64,000 nucleotides of DNA. It comes from Candidatus Latescibacterota bacterium. GTDB taxonomy: Bacteria; Latescibacterota; UBA2968; GCA-2709665. Positions 9,196 to 18,953 of the stretch are shown here, in pieces (positions within the stretch are counted from its first letter, which is position 1; every line of letters begins with the position of its first letter). The notes below the pieces were generated by a model, which ran no database searches, was not told the origin of the DNA, and worked only from the letters and a program-made list of their open reading frames with translations. Both the position numbers and the translations under genes were made by a program. Location of the stretch: NCBI GenBank assembly GCA_965116875.1, contig OZ220733.1, positions 1,696,001 through 1,760,000 of the forward strand. The letters run 5' to 3'.

Positions 9196-9431
9196 GCATC
9201 CCTCCATTTCCACTGTGGATCCGGGTGTTGTGGGTCAACGCGGACAGCACCTCCTTCCGCATTGCGGCGGCGCCGTGGGTGGCAATGCTGCCATGATGGC
9301 ACAGTTTCCCGCGGATGTCAAAGAAAAAGGGTCTGTGCGCCCGCCTTCAATTTCATTGTGTCCGCCCGGGTCGATTCCTATATTCCGCAGGTCCCGCAGT
9401 CCGCCGATCCGTTGGGGTTGAGGAGGGTTTG

Positions 9432-10256
9432 ATGAAACCATACAACGATAGTGTCATCGCGAAAGACGCCCAGGCCTTCGACGAAGAAACCACGCGGAAG
9501 ATCGTGGAACAGTTCAGCCGCGACGGCTATTATTTGATGGAAAACGTGCTTGACGTCGACGAGATCGACGCGCTCAGGGACGGGATGGTACGCAAATGGA
9601 ACGATCCCCGGATTCAGGCGGACGAAGCCGGCGATCACATCCGCGGCATCAGCATGATGCGCATGTACGAATACGACCGCAATTATCTGGACCTCATTGA
9701 GCGGGAGCCCATTGTCAGCCTTGTGGAGGCCATCCTCGGCGAGGACTGCCATATGATGTCCCAGAACGCCCTGCGTTACGAACCCGGCCAGGGCGGCGGC
9801 TGGCACCTGGATGACAGAGTCCACTTCCCGTTGCCGGATGGTGTCCCGCGCCACAGTCCGGAAATCCCCATCCCCTGCTTCGTGATCAACGTGATGATTC
9901 CCCTGAGCAGGGCCGATTCTGTGGAATACGGCGTCACACAGGTCATTCCCGGAAGCCACTTTGCGGGCCGGAATCCGAACGACCGTGAGAATCCGACGTT
10001 TGAAGGCCGGGGGCCGGTTTCCCTGGTCGCGAATCCAGGCGACGTTTACATGTTCCACAACCAGGTCTGGCATTGCGGTTCGCGGAACAACTCCGACCAG
10101 GTGCGATACGTCGGCTCGGTCGTCTACAGCCAGCGCTTCATCGCCCAGCGCCTCTATCCGTTCATCGACTACCGGATGCCGGACTACGTCTGGGAAGGCG
10201 CCAGCCCGCGCCTCCAGCGGCTCCTGGGACGGCACGAAAAAGGTGCGTACGGATAG
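9432..10256 (+). CDS. PhyH-family Fe(II)/2OG dioxygenase (canonical HxD...H)
   Basis: FSRDGYYLMENVL, WHLDD, TQVIPGSH, QVWHCGSRN..R; RBS AGGAGG before the ATG at 9432. Confidence 0.88.
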   Translation: MKPYNDSVIAKDAQAFDEETTRKIVEQFSRDGYYLMENVLDVDEIDALRDGMVRKWNDPRIQADEAGDHIRGISMMRMYEYDRNYLDLIEREPIVSLVEAILGEDCHMMSQNALRYEPGQGGGWHLDDRVHFPLPDGVPRHSPEIPIPCFVINVMIPLSRADSVEYGVTQVIPGSHFAGRNPNDRENPTFEGRGPVSLVANPGDVYMFHNQVWHCGSRNNSDQVRYVGSVVYSQRFIAQRLYPFIDYRMPDYVWEGASPRLQRLLGRHEKGAYG

Positions 10257-10280
10257 CCAAACAGCGGTCAGACGCAAGAC

Positions 10281-10459
10281 GGGCGACCACAAGGGTCGCC
10301 CCTACGAATGCAACGTCGCCGCAGACCTCTCCCCCCAGCCCCTCTCCTGAAGGAAAGGGGGAGGAAAACCAGAAAAACAGGCCCCAAACGGGGACACGGA
10401 GACGCAAAGGGAAGACTCGTAACCGAGACAAGGCGGGCGACCACAAGGGTCGCCCCTAC
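10281..10459. repeat. REP-like cluster: two GGGCGACCACAAGGGTCGCCCCTAC copies and a CCCCCAGCCCCTCTCC...GGAAAGGGG hairpin
   Basis: Direct copies at 10281 and 10435; relatives at 57955-57981 and 58306-58330. Confidence 0.8.
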
Positions 10460-10526
10460 GAATACAACGTCGGTGCGGGGAAAGAGAGCGATGAGCGATC
10501 GGCAGAAAACGAGAAGGAATAACCCG

Positions 10527-10727
10527 ATGAATACGATGACGTATAGAGGATACGCGGCTCGAATCGACTACAGTGATGAAGACGGCTGCTTCGTCGGTCA
10601 TATTGCGGGGATCAATGACGTGGTGGGTTTTCACGGCGAATCGGTCGAAGAACTGCGGGATGCCTTTGTAGAATCGGTAGATGACTATCTTGAAACCTGC
10701 GAAAAGCTCAACAGGTCCCCTTCTTAG
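10527..10727 (+). CDS. hicB: HicB-family antitoxin, C-terminally truncated, no HicA partner
   Basis: MNTMTYRGYAARIDYSDEDGCFVGHIAGINDVVGFHGESVEELRDAFVESVDDYLETC; stops before the usual RHH DNA-binding tail. Confidence 0.8.
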   Translation: MNTMTYRGYAARIDYSDEDGCFVGHIAGINDVVGFHGESVEELRDAFVESVDDYLETCEKLNRSPS

Positions 10728-10783
10728 CGCCACTGCTGCACAAGACAGCAACAGATTTGAGACCGGCGTGGTTGGCGTTCCCG

Positions 10784-10858
10784 GGAGCGAGGGCATCCTG
10801 CCCTCGACGCAAATAGAGGTGGGTTACACGTAGTTCGAGGGCAGGATGCCCTCGCTCC
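10784..10858. repeat. REP-like inverted pair, family A
   Basis: GGAGCGAGGGCATCCTGCCCTCG ... CGAGGGCAGGATGCCCTCGCTCC. Confidence 0.85.
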
Positions 10859-11363
10859 GGATACGGGTGGATCACGTCGCGATCCAGGGCTGGTTGACTT
10901 TGGTCACGGGGCGCTCGTGGCCGGTGTAGCAACTTTGGTTTTTCCAGAATCTGGGGCCACCCGTACGGAGAAGATTCAAGATCCTATCACAGGTGTCCAG
11001 GATAATTCGTAAAAGTCGATTTTGGTCAGGTTTGGGATGACGAATATCTTGAAACCCGTGATAAGCTCTCAACAGGCCAAATTCCGGAAATCTATGGCTA
11101 ATTGAAGGCTATGTCTGTGAGAAAATAAACGAGTCGACCCCGCTTCAATCAGTTCCTCGACAGGTATAGAAATAGTGCGTAGGGCTGAGCGCGAGGGAAA
11201 TCGTCTTCGCCCTTGCCATAGCTTCCAATTGTCGGTATTTTTCCACGTGCCACCGGGAATGCGACTGGCTGGGTTTGATCCGATCCCTTGCTCCAGTCTG
11301 CACGGTGTGCCATATTCGCAATCGACTCAAGGTAACACGTACGAAGGTGAGAAGGGACCTGCC

Positions 11364-11579
11364 ATGGCGCAAAAATCAAAGGCATTCAATTGCAAGAGAG
11401 TGCATGTCATCTCAAGAAGAGATCGTTGGGTTGTCAAGAAGGAAGGGAATTCAAGAGCGTCGAAAATATACGACACCAAGTCTGCTGCCGAAAAAGGCGC
11501 CAGCGAAATATCGAACGGTAGTGACGTTGTCATCCACAGAAGAGATGGAACGGTACAAAAATGGATAAAGGCTAAGTGA
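11364..11579 (+). CDS. DUF2188-family small protein
   Basis: VHVISRRDRWVVKKEGNSRASKIYDTKSAA...VVIHRRDGTVQ pattern. Confidence 0.8.
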   Translation: MAQKSKAFNCKRVHVISRRDRWVVKKEGNSRASKIYDTKSAAEKGASEISNGSDVVIHRRDGTVQKWIKAK

Positions 11580-12193
11580 ACAGCCGGGGGGATTTCCATT
11601 CCAACGTCTTCATCAATTGTCCGTTTGATGAAGATTACACGCAGCTACTTAGACCTCTCCTGTTCAGTGCTGTTCGTGCCGGCCTGACAGTGAGAATTGC
11701 ATCGGAGACTTTTGACTCTGGAGTTGCGAGGATACATCGAATATGTGATTTGGTACGTGAATCCAAATACAGTGTGCATGATTTGTCAAGGATCCGAGCG
11801 TCATTCGAGGGCGAAATCCACAGGATGAATATGCCCTTCGAACTGGGTCTCGATATCGGTTGCCGGGTTTTCTCTCGCGGCTTGATGAGTCAAAAGCGAT
11901 GTTTGATATTGGAGACCGAACAGTACGAATACCAAAAGGCACTGTCTGATCTCTCGAACTCCGACATTAAACGCCACCGTGATGAGCCTGAAGAACTGGT
12001 CCGGCAAGTACGCAACTGGTTTGTTGAGGTTGGCATCAATGGTGTTCCGAGCGGTACCGTGATTTGGGAACAATTCAACGAGTTTGTGGCCAACTTCCAT
12101 CACGAGAGGGAGGCCGAGGGTTTCAGGGACAAAGATCTGGAGATGATGCCTGTTCCTGAGTATATCGGATACATAAAAGACTGGGTAGGTTGA
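11576..12193 (+). CDS. Nucleoside 2-deoxyribosyltransferase/TIR-like fold protein, putative defence effector
   Basis: VFINCPFD, RICDLVRESKYSVHDLSR, NMPFELGL (ExG), SDLSNSDIKRH; 4-bp overlap with DUF2188; visibly lower GC than flanks. Confidence 0.65.
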   Translation: MNSRGDFHSNVFINCPFDEDYTQLLRPLLFSAVRAGLTVRIASETFDSGVARIHRICDLVRESKYSVHDLSRIRASFEGEIHRMNMPFELGLDIGCRVFSRGLMSQKRCLILETEQYEYQKALSDLSNSDIKRHRDEPEELVRQVRNWFVEVGINGVPSGTVIWEQFNEFVANFHHEREAEGFRDKDLEMMPVPEYIGYIKDWVG

Positions 12194-12459
12194 ATTAAAG
12201 TAAATTCGGGTGGTAATGCGTCCAACCTCATGTGAATCTCGCACGAGGTTTTCGTTTATTCAGGTAGTGCCGTCCGTGACTGCATGAGCGAGACTATGGT
12301 CGCGCGCAAACAAGCGAGCAATCGTGGGAGCGAAAAGACAGAAGAAGGTCAAACCCGGCTACCTGCCTGAGCAGGAATCTATCCGACCAACATCACCTTT
12401 TGAAGTTACTGCGGGGAGTACCCGATCGTTTACGTTTTACCACAATATTGACCGGGCAA

Positions 12460-12540
12460 CCTGAGCCGCTCCCTGAGCTTGTCGAAGGGTCGGCGAAGGA
12501 AAAAGGACGCCCAGACGCGGGCGCTTCGACAAGCTCAGCG
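12460..12540. repeat. REP-like inverted pair (CTGAGCTTGTCGAAG / CTTCGACAAGCTCAG); relatives at ~40815-40845 and 62197-62311
   Basis: cctgagccgctccctgagcttgtcgaagggtcggcgaagga also occurs at ~62271. Confidence 0.8.
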
Positions 12541-12654
12541 TCCCCTTCTGAGCAAGTTCCTCTCCACCGTAGTAGGCACAATATATGTCAACTATTTACT
12601 GCTCCCGGTAGTATTTATTCAGAAGGCTGCGCACTCCCGCAAGGAGGCGAAGAA

Positions 12655-12909
12655 ATGACCGACTTACTTCAGCAGGCATTATCGGAAATTCAGAAGCTTC
12701 CGCCAGATAGACAGGATGCCATTGCCACTCGTATTCTGAACGACCTGAAGGATGAGCATCTTTGGACGGCACGTTTTCATGCCACAACCGATGAGCAGTG
12801 GGACCGTTTGGCCGAAGCCGCCAGAAAAGAGATTGCTGCGAGCGAACCGATTTCATTTGAGGATGTTTTTCCGACGGCGCAGACCTCTCCCCCCAGCCCC
12901 CTCTCCTGA
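12655..12909 (+). CDS. Small antitoxin-like protein; orphan, C-terminus runs into a REP hairpin
   Basis: RBS AAGGAGG; MTDLLQQALSEIQKLPPDRQDAIATRILNDLKDEHLWTARF...DRLAEAARKEI resembles addiction-module antidotes. Confidence 0.6.
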   Translation: MTDLLQQALSEIQKLPPDRQDAIATRILNDLKDEHLWTARFHATTDEQWDRLAEAARKEIAASEPISFEDVFPTAQTSPPSPLS

Positions 12910-13038
12910 GGGGAAGGGGAGCAAAGGCAGGCGAACGGGCACATCGGCGACGTTCGCGTCAATGAACTATGGGGCAAATGGCGACAGTTCGCGCGTTATG
13001 TTTTCGAGAGTCGACGTTTAACCAACGAAAGGAATCCC

Positions 13039-14109
13039 ATGACGAAATCCGATCCATTCGAACAGGGCCTGGCGGCCGGTGAGGCGGCTGCTTCCACCTC
13101 CGGCGGCGCGTCAGAGTCATCGTCGAACGGCGGGCGCATGTACGTGCGCACGCAGAGTTTCGGGTCCTCCGATGCCGAATTGCGCTTTCTGCAGCGGTGC
13201 GGCGTACGCCACAAGGCCGTTGTGTTTCCGTTCCATCCCGGCCGCGGATGGGACCTCGACGAACTGATCCAGGTACGGGAACACCACGAGTCCTTCGGCA
13301 TCACGCTGGATATGAGTTCGCTGCCCATATACGAGCGTTTTCCCAACATCATCTACCATGGCAAGAGCCCGGAGCGCGACCGGGAGATCGACGTCGTATG
13401 CGAAATGATCCGGACGGCTTCGCGAGCCGGCATAGACTCGCTGCGCTACAACACGTGCGTACTGCCCATCGACCGGACCGAACCGGAAGAAGGCCGCGGC
13501 GGCTTCTTCCACACCGCGTTCCGCCTGGAGAAGATCCCGGCGGAAGACCAGGCCAGGCTGACCGAAGCCGGGCGCGTCACGACGGAAATGCGCTGGGAAC
13601 GCATCGAATATCTGCTGGAACGCATGATTCCGGTGGCGGAAGAATTCAAGGTTCGGATGGGCAATTCCCAGGAGGACCCCGCCACACCCCCCGGCTACAT
13701 GGGCGTTGACAAGGTCCTCAATGACTTCGAGGGCATGAAGCGTTTCATCGAGATTCAGCGCAGTCCGTATCACGGCTGGAACTTCTGCGTGGGCTCCGTC
13801 GCCGAAGGGCTCGAAGATCCGGCAAGTGAAATTTATCCCATCATCGAATATTTCGGCAGCCGGGATACGATCTTCCTGGTCCATTATCGCAACATCATCG
13901 GGGGGCAGTACAGCTTCCGCGAGTCCCTGCCCGATGAGGGAGACATGGACTTCTATCGTGTCATAAAAGCCCTCAAGGACACGGGCTACTGTTACGGCAT
14001 CGATCCGGACCACGTTCCATGGACGGACGACGATCCGAATCGCTCGTATCAGTCCTACGCGTACTGCTTCGGTTATATCAATGCCATGATTCAGGCGGTG
14101 TACGGTTAG
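13039..14109 (+). CDS. uxuA: Mannonate dehydratase (UxuA)-family protein
   Basis: RDREIDVVCEMIRTAS, LERMIPVAEEFKVRM, GWNFCVGS, IFLVHYRN, PDEGDMD, PDHVP, YCFGYINA. Confidence 0.75.
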   Translation: MTKSDPFEQGLAAGEAAASTSGGASESSSNGGRMYVRTQSFGSSDAELRFLQRCGVRHKAVVFPFHPGRGWDLDELIQVREHHESFGITLDMSSLPIYERFPNIIYHGKSPERDREIDVVCEMIRTASRAGIDSLRYNTCVLPIDRTEPEEGRGGFFHTAFRLEKIPAEDQARLTEAGRVTTEMRWERIEYLLERMIPVAEEFKVRMGNSQEDPATPPGYMGVDKVLNDFEGMKRFIEIQRSPYHGWNFCVGSVAEGLEDPASEIYPIIEYFGSRDTIFLVHYRNIIGGQYSFRESLPDEGDMDFYRVIKALKDTGYCYGIDPDHVPWTDDDPNRSYQSYAYCFGYINAMIQAVYG

Positions 14110-14145
14110 CGTATACCCATGCGAGCCCGGGCAAAGGACAACAAC

Positions 14146-14991
14146 ATGAAACCAGATGAAATAGCGCGCGAAATCAGGGACAACGGCTACTGCATCGTCG
14201 ATGGCGTGATCCCCTCACAGGAAGTTGACAGGATCCGCGAGTGCGTTTTGCGTGCGCAGGCCGCCAACGACGCCGCCCACCAGGCCAGGGAACGGGCGAC
14301 TCGCGCCAGGGGCCACCGCGTGGGCGCACGCGGCGTCGGCGTACTCAAGCAGGCGATCAACCACGACCAGTCGTTCGCGCCGTATCTGGCCGACCGGCGC
14401 ATCGTGGGCGCCCTCGAGGTCATCTTCGGTCCCTGGCTGCGGATTTCCTGCACTGACGTGGTTGTGAACCATCCGGGGAACGAGCGCGGCTACTGGCACG
14501 CGGACTGGCCGTACAACCAGACGAACGCCTCCAATGTCCGCGCCCCTTACCCGGACGTGATGATGCACGCGTCCTCGCTGTGGATGCTAACCGATTTCTC
14601 CCCCGCCAACGGAGGCACGCTGCTGCTGCCGGGCACGCACCGGAAGGACCGCAATCCGGCGACGGGAGACATCCCCGGCTTCGACAACGAAGCGCCCCAA
14701 CCGGACGAGGTCAACGCCGAGGGCAGGGCGGGATCGGTGCTGCTCTACGACAGCCGGCAGTGGCACGCGGTTGCCCCCAACCGGAGTGACAGCCCGCGGG
14801 TGGCCCTGATCGTGCGCTACGCGCCCTGGTGGCTGAACCTGAATCCAACGCACACCGGCACGCCGGAGCATGAAATGATGGTGGTGGAGACCGGCGGGAA
14901 GAACTACGAGATGGAGCCCCTGCGCCGCGACGTGTACGAGGGCCTTCCGGAGGACGTGAAGCCGCTCTTTCGGCACTTCGTGGGCATGTAG
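14146..14991 (+). CDS. PhyH-family Fe(II)/2OG dioxygenase (canonical HxD...H)
   Basis: GYCIVDGVI, WHADWPY, SLWMLTDFSPANGGTLLLPGTH, DSRQWHAVAPN..R. Confidence 0.88.
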   Translation: MKPDEIAREIRDNGYCIVDGVIPSQEVDRIRECVLRAQAANDAAHQARERATRARGHRVGARGVGVLKQAINHDQSFAPYLADRRIVGALEVIFGPWLRISCTDVVVNHPGNERGYWHADWPYNQTNASNVRAPYPDVMMHASSLWMLTDFSPANGGTLLLPGTHRKDRNPATGDIPGFDNEAPQPDEVNAEGRAGSVLLYDSRQWHAVAPNRSDSPRVALIVRYAPWWLNLNPTHTGTPEHEMMVVETGGKNYEMEPLRRDVYEGLPEDVKPLFRHFVGM

Positions 14992-15043
14992 GCGAGCGGA
15001 GAGTTTGTGTTGGAAAACACGAGTTGATTGCTGCAAGGGAAAT

Positions 15044-15232
15044 ATGCGGTACAAGGTCGCGCTACACAAATCCGAGGAAGGCTACAGTGTCTCGGTACCC
15101 GGCTTGCCAGGTTGCTGGTCGCAGGGAGCCACCGAAGATGAAGCGATGGCAAACATCGAAACGGCAATACGCGAGTATCTGGAGGTCGTTGGTAACCCTG
15201 ACGATAACGTGGAAGTCGTCGATTTGCATTGA
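15044..15232 (+). CDS. hicB: HicB-family antitoxin (orphan)
   Basis: MRYKVALHKSEEGYSVSVPGLPGCWSQGATEDEAMANIETAIREYL. Confidence 0.85.
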   Translation: MRYKVALHKSEEGYSVSVPGLPGCWSQGATEDEAMANIETAIREYLEVVGNPDDNVEVVDLH

Positions 15233-15258
15233 GTTGGTACTACCAGGAGGCGACCGAC

Positions 15259-16014
15259 TTGGAATGGTATGAGGATGAGTCGTTCTGGAAAGCGACTTAT
15301 CCGTTTCTTTTTTCCGAGGCAAGGTTTGACGCTGCCGGGACGCACCTTGAAAGCATCCTGAATCTGGTCGGCCTGGACTCCGGGCCGGTCCTCGACCTGT
15401 GTTGCGGCCCCGGCCGATTCTCGATCCCGCTGGCGCAGCGCGGGTTTCCGGTCACGGCGGTAGACAGGAGCCCGTTTCTGCTGGACAAAGCGCGGCAGAG
15501 GGCGGCGCAAGCGGATCTGGACATCGAATGGGTCGAGGAAGACATGCGGGAGTTTGAGCGGCCGGAGGCCTTCGACCTTGTCCTCAATCTCAACACTTCT
15601 TTCGGGTATTTCGATGCCAAAGACGAGGACGTCCGGGTGCTGCGAAAGATTTTCGCCAGCCTGAAGCCCGGCGGACGTCTCGTGATGGACCTCATGGGCA
15701 AGGAAAAGCTGGCACGGATCTTCCAGCCGACGGTCTCCGAGAAGCTCGAGGACGGCACCCTGCTGGTCCAGCGCCACGAGATCTTCGACGAGTGGACCCG
15801 CATCAGGAATGAATGGATAATCATCAGAGGCCCGGAGGTCCGCACCTTCGAATTTCATCACACCATCTATTCCGGCCAGGAATTGAAGGACAGGTTGCTT
15901 GCCGCCGGCTTTGGGGATGTGAGACTCTGCGGCAGTTTCGAAGGGGAGGAATACGGCAGGGAATCCGATCGGTTTGTAGCGGTCGCCGGGAAGCCCGCCG
16001 TGACAACTGCCTGA
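15259..16014 (+). CDS. Class I SAM-dependent methyltransferase
   Basis: VLDLCCGPGR, VTAVDRS, EEDMREF, TSFGYF, LKPGGRLVMD; TTG start after AGGAGG. Confidence 0.9.
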   Translation: MEWYEDESFWKATYPFLFSEARFDAAGTHLESILNLVGLDSGPVLDLCCGPGRFSIPLAQRGFPVTAVDRSPFLLDKARQRAAQADLDIEWVEEDMREFERPEAFDLVLNLNTSFGYFDAKDEDVRVLRKIFASLKPGGRLVMDLMGKEKLARIFQPTVSEKLEDGTLLVQRHEIFDEWTRIRNEWIIIRGPEVRTFEFHHTIYSGQELKDRLLAAGFGDVRLCGSFEGEEYGRESDRFVAVAGKPAVTTA

Positions 16015-16077
16015 TCATACGGCAGAATAAGAGCCGACCCGGCGAAGACGTCAATCCTCACAGCAAGTAATACACTC

Positions 16078-16518
16078 ATGGACACAGATCACACGAACTC
16101 AGTCAGATACCAAAATACCCTTGAGGGGATCGGGCCCGACAATCTCAAGGGTCACTTCATGGGTTGGCCCAATCCTCCGTCCCCGGATGCGCATCTGAGG
16201 ATTCTTCAGGGCAGCGACCACTTCGTTCTGGCTGTTTCGGCGCAAGGAACGGTGGTCGGCTGGATTTCCGCCATCTCGGACGGCGTGTCCTGCGCCTATA
16301 TCCCCCACCTCAGCGTACTCCCGGAATACCAGGACTGCGGTATTGGCGCCGAGCTTGTCAGGCGAATGCTCGAACAGGTTGGCCATCTCTACATGATCGA
16401 CCTCGTGTGCGACCGGGACGTGGCCGATTTCTACGTCAAGCAGGGTTTTTCCGAGTGCGTGGGAATGGTGGTTCGCAATTTCGAGCGGCAGAATTGCGAA
16501 TATGGCGGCAAACCATGA
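16078..16518 (+). CDS. GNAT N-acetyltransferase
   Basis: AYIPHLSVLPEYQDCGIGAELVRRML...FYVKQGF. Confidence 0.88.
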   Translation: MDTDHTNSVRYQNTLEGIGPDNLKGHFMGWPNPPSPDAHLRILQGSDHFVLAVSAQGTVVGWISAISDGVSCAYIPHLSVLPEYQDCGIGAELVRRMLEQVGHLYMIDLVCDRDVADFYVKQGFSECVGMVVRNFERQNCEYGGKP

Positions 16519-16645
16519 TATATCATGGCTAAATCAGGACAAAAAACCGCCGATTTATACTATATATAATATGTGACATATCTTATTTGATATATAAAAG
16601 CCGTATTCACCCTTTGGAAATGCAAATAATAGAGATGGAGACACG

Positions 16646-17467
16646 ATGAACGTCGATCCGGACAAGGCAATCGCTTACGTTCTCGACACGAATGATCCCG
16701 TTCTTTCGAGCCTCGCCCTGTATGCGAGCGGCGGTTGCGGTCGTGACGACGTGATCAGAGCTCTTCAGCTCCACCAGAGAAACGATGGTGGCTGGACGCG
16801 AACCGACAAGGACTTTCAGGGTGACCTGTCGATCATCAGCGCTACGTGGGTGGCGGTGCAATGGTTGAACTGGATTGGAGATCGAAACAGTTCGGTACTC
16901 GCGGACACGATCGATTACCTCCGAAGAACCCAGCGTGACGACGGCAGTTGGGACGAACCGGATGAGATCGTCAACTTCAATCCGCCTTTCTGGATGCTGC
17001 CCGGACGGTACGAGAACCGGGTATGGCTCACCTCCGCACTGTGCTGCAAGCTGAAAGAAGCCGGCCGGGAACATCAGGTGGACTTTCCGAGAGCGGTGCA
17101 GTTTATCCGACAGGCGTGGGATGGCGAGAAATTCCCGGTCTACCAGCATACGCACTGGATGGCAATGCCTCTGTTCAGTCTGATTGGAACCGGCGACGAA
17201 GCGGACGGGGGAATCATCAACGGATGCAAGAAGGTCCTTAACGATGCGGTGGCGGCAGGCAGGGCGGATCCGGGAGACACGATCTCGATTGCTTATGCCG
17301 CCCACCTCGCCGGTGAAGTCGCGGAAGACCTTTTCAATTTATCGCTCGAAAAGGTAAAAGGCTTTCAGCAGGATGACGGAGGCTGGATCACAAATCATGG
17401 AGAGGAACACCGCGCGGCCTTTACGGTCGAAGCGCTGTTTCTTTTCAGGAAAATCGGCGTGTATTGA
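16646..17467 (+). CDS. Prenyltransferase/squalene-cyclase QW-repeat alpha-barrel protein
   Basis: Repeated QRNDGGW, QRDDGSW, QQDDGGW motifs. Confidence 0.7.
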   Translation: MNVDPDKAIAYVLDTNDPVLSSLALYASGGCGRDDVIRALQLHQRNDGGWTRTDKDFQGDLSIISATWVAVQWLNWIGDRNSSVLADTIDYLRRTQRDDGSWDEPDEIVNFNPPFWMLPGRYENRVWLTSALCCKLKEAGREHQVDFPRAVQFIRQAWDGEKFPVYQHTHWMAMPLFSLIGTGDEADGGIINGCKKVLNDAVAAGRADPGDTISIAYAAHLAGEVAEDLFNLSLEKVKGFQQDDGGWITNHGEEHRAAFTVEALFLFRKIGVY

Positions 17468-17540
17468 GTCTATGGCGCGCGAGGAGAAATCCGGCGTGAC
17501 AACTGCCTCGGCACGGGAATTCGCTCCAGGGAACTTCCAT

Positions 17541-18254
17541 ATGACGCCTCATTCCAGCGATGCGACGTCCGAAGAAACGGCCCGATACTACGCGGCGCGC
17601 GCGCCTGAATACGACCTTAGCGCCGGGTATCTGACTCGTGATAGAGAAACTCTCCGTGTTGCGAAGAAGAAAAGATATCAGCAGCTCTTTCGCGGACACG
17701 ACGTGATCGAGATTGCGTGCGGGACCGGATACTGGACGGAGGTCCTCGCGGAAACCGCGAAGTCGGTCGTTGGAATTGACGTGAACCCGGAGATGATATC
17801 CCGGGCTCAATCGAGGTGTGAACATCTCCCGCATGTGAGCTTCCGACTTACAGACGCGTATTCCCTCGGCCCCGAGGCAGGCGCTTTCACGGCAGGGTTC
17901 GCCGTCTGGTGGTGGTCGCACATACCCAGATCACGTTTACAGGAGTTTCTGCAATCGCTTCACCGCAGGCTGATCCCCGGAGCGCTCGTGCTGTTTTCGG
18001 ACCAGCTCGAATACGACGTTCCCAGGGTTGACGGCATGGCCACGCAACGGCGCCAGGATTCCAACGGCGATACCATCGAACGGCGGGTTCTCTCGGATGG
18101 ACAGAAGTACGACATCGTGAAAAACTTCCCGACCGAACAGGAACTCGTTGCCGCCGTCAGTGGATTTGGAACGGACGTCCAGTACAACGAGTGGCCCGGC
18201 GAGGCGCATTGGGAGTTGACGTACAGCGCCGTCAAGATGGCTCAAACCGAATAA
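17541..18254 (+). CDS. Class I SAM-dependent methyltransferase
   Basis: YYAARAPEYD, VIEIACGTGYWT, GIDVNPEM, WWSHIP, LIPGA. Confidence 0.88.
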   Translation: MTPHSSDATSEETARYYAARAPEYDLSAGYLTRDRETLRVAKKKRYQQLFRGHDVIEIACGTGYWTEVLAETAKSVVGIDVNPEMISRAQSRCEHLPHVSFRLTDAYSLGPEAGAFTAGFAVWWWSHIPRSRLQEFLQSLHRRLIPGALVLFSDQLEYDVPRVDGMATQRRQDSNGDTIERRVLSDGQKYDIVKNFPTEQELVAAVSGFGTDVQYNEWPGEAHWELTYSAVKMAQTE

Positions 18255-18269
18255 GGTAGGGTACATCAG

Positions 18270-18953
18270 ATGAAACGATCATTGGTAATGCTGACAGCTG
18301 TGATGGTGAATATTCCTGACGCTGGTTGGGCAGAGGCTGAAGACCACTTCCACGTTCGAGAGCGGACCGGTTACTCTTCTGAGCCTGTGAGTAGTGCGCG
18401 CATTGACAAAACCATTACAGAGTCCGCGTTACGTTACCGGAAACATGGAGTTGTGGCTGCACGAGCCGGGTTTCACGACATTGCGTTTCCAAGGGATAGC
18501 AAGGAGTTTCACCGTTTGAATGGATATGGACTCCTGGTCGTCACGGCCATCTCTCAAGACAGTTCCGAGCTTCCGCTCAGACGCGTCTACGTACAAGGCG
18601 AACATGGACAGCAAGCCCTGCAGCGGCTTTTTTCAACCTCATCGGCGGTAGAACCTCCGGATGGAGCAGTTGCACAGGTTTTCGGTCCATTTCGATCTGA
18701 TGCCATGTATCTCTTTCCGGTACACTACAAGTTCAAGGACAGTAAACTGCTCACTGATTTCGAGCAGAATCGAAAAGGCTTTCAACTGGCAACTTTCCCC
18801 GAACGTATTCCGTCGGCCTTGAAGGCACTTCCAAAGGAGAAGCCTACGTCTAGTCCTCCATTGGAAGAAATTCGACAGTTCGCACACAGAGAGTATCCCG
18901 ATCTCAGTCGTTTGCTGGTAGAAGTGCAAAAAGAAAGCGGAAAAGAGAATTGA
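18270..18953 (+). CDS. Secreted hypothetical protein
   Basis: 227-aa ORF with signal-peptide-like N-terminus; no recognised family. Confidence 0.55.
   Translation: MKRSLVMLTAVMVNIPDAGWAEAEDHFHVRERTGYSSEPVSSARIDKTITESALRYRKHGVVAARAGFHDIAFPRDSKEFHRLNGYGLLVVTAISQDSSELPLRRVYVQGEHGQQALQRLFSTSSAVEPPDGAVAQVFGPFRSDAMYLFPVHYKFKDSKLLTDFEQNRKGFQLATFPERIPSALKALPKEKPTSSPPLEEIRQFAHREYPDLSRLLVEVQKESGKEN

Noticed and set aside
10930-11110. Lower-GC stretch before DUF2188 as a gene
   Set aside because: Plus-strand frames are interrupted by stops and no family was recognisable; at most an unassignable remnant
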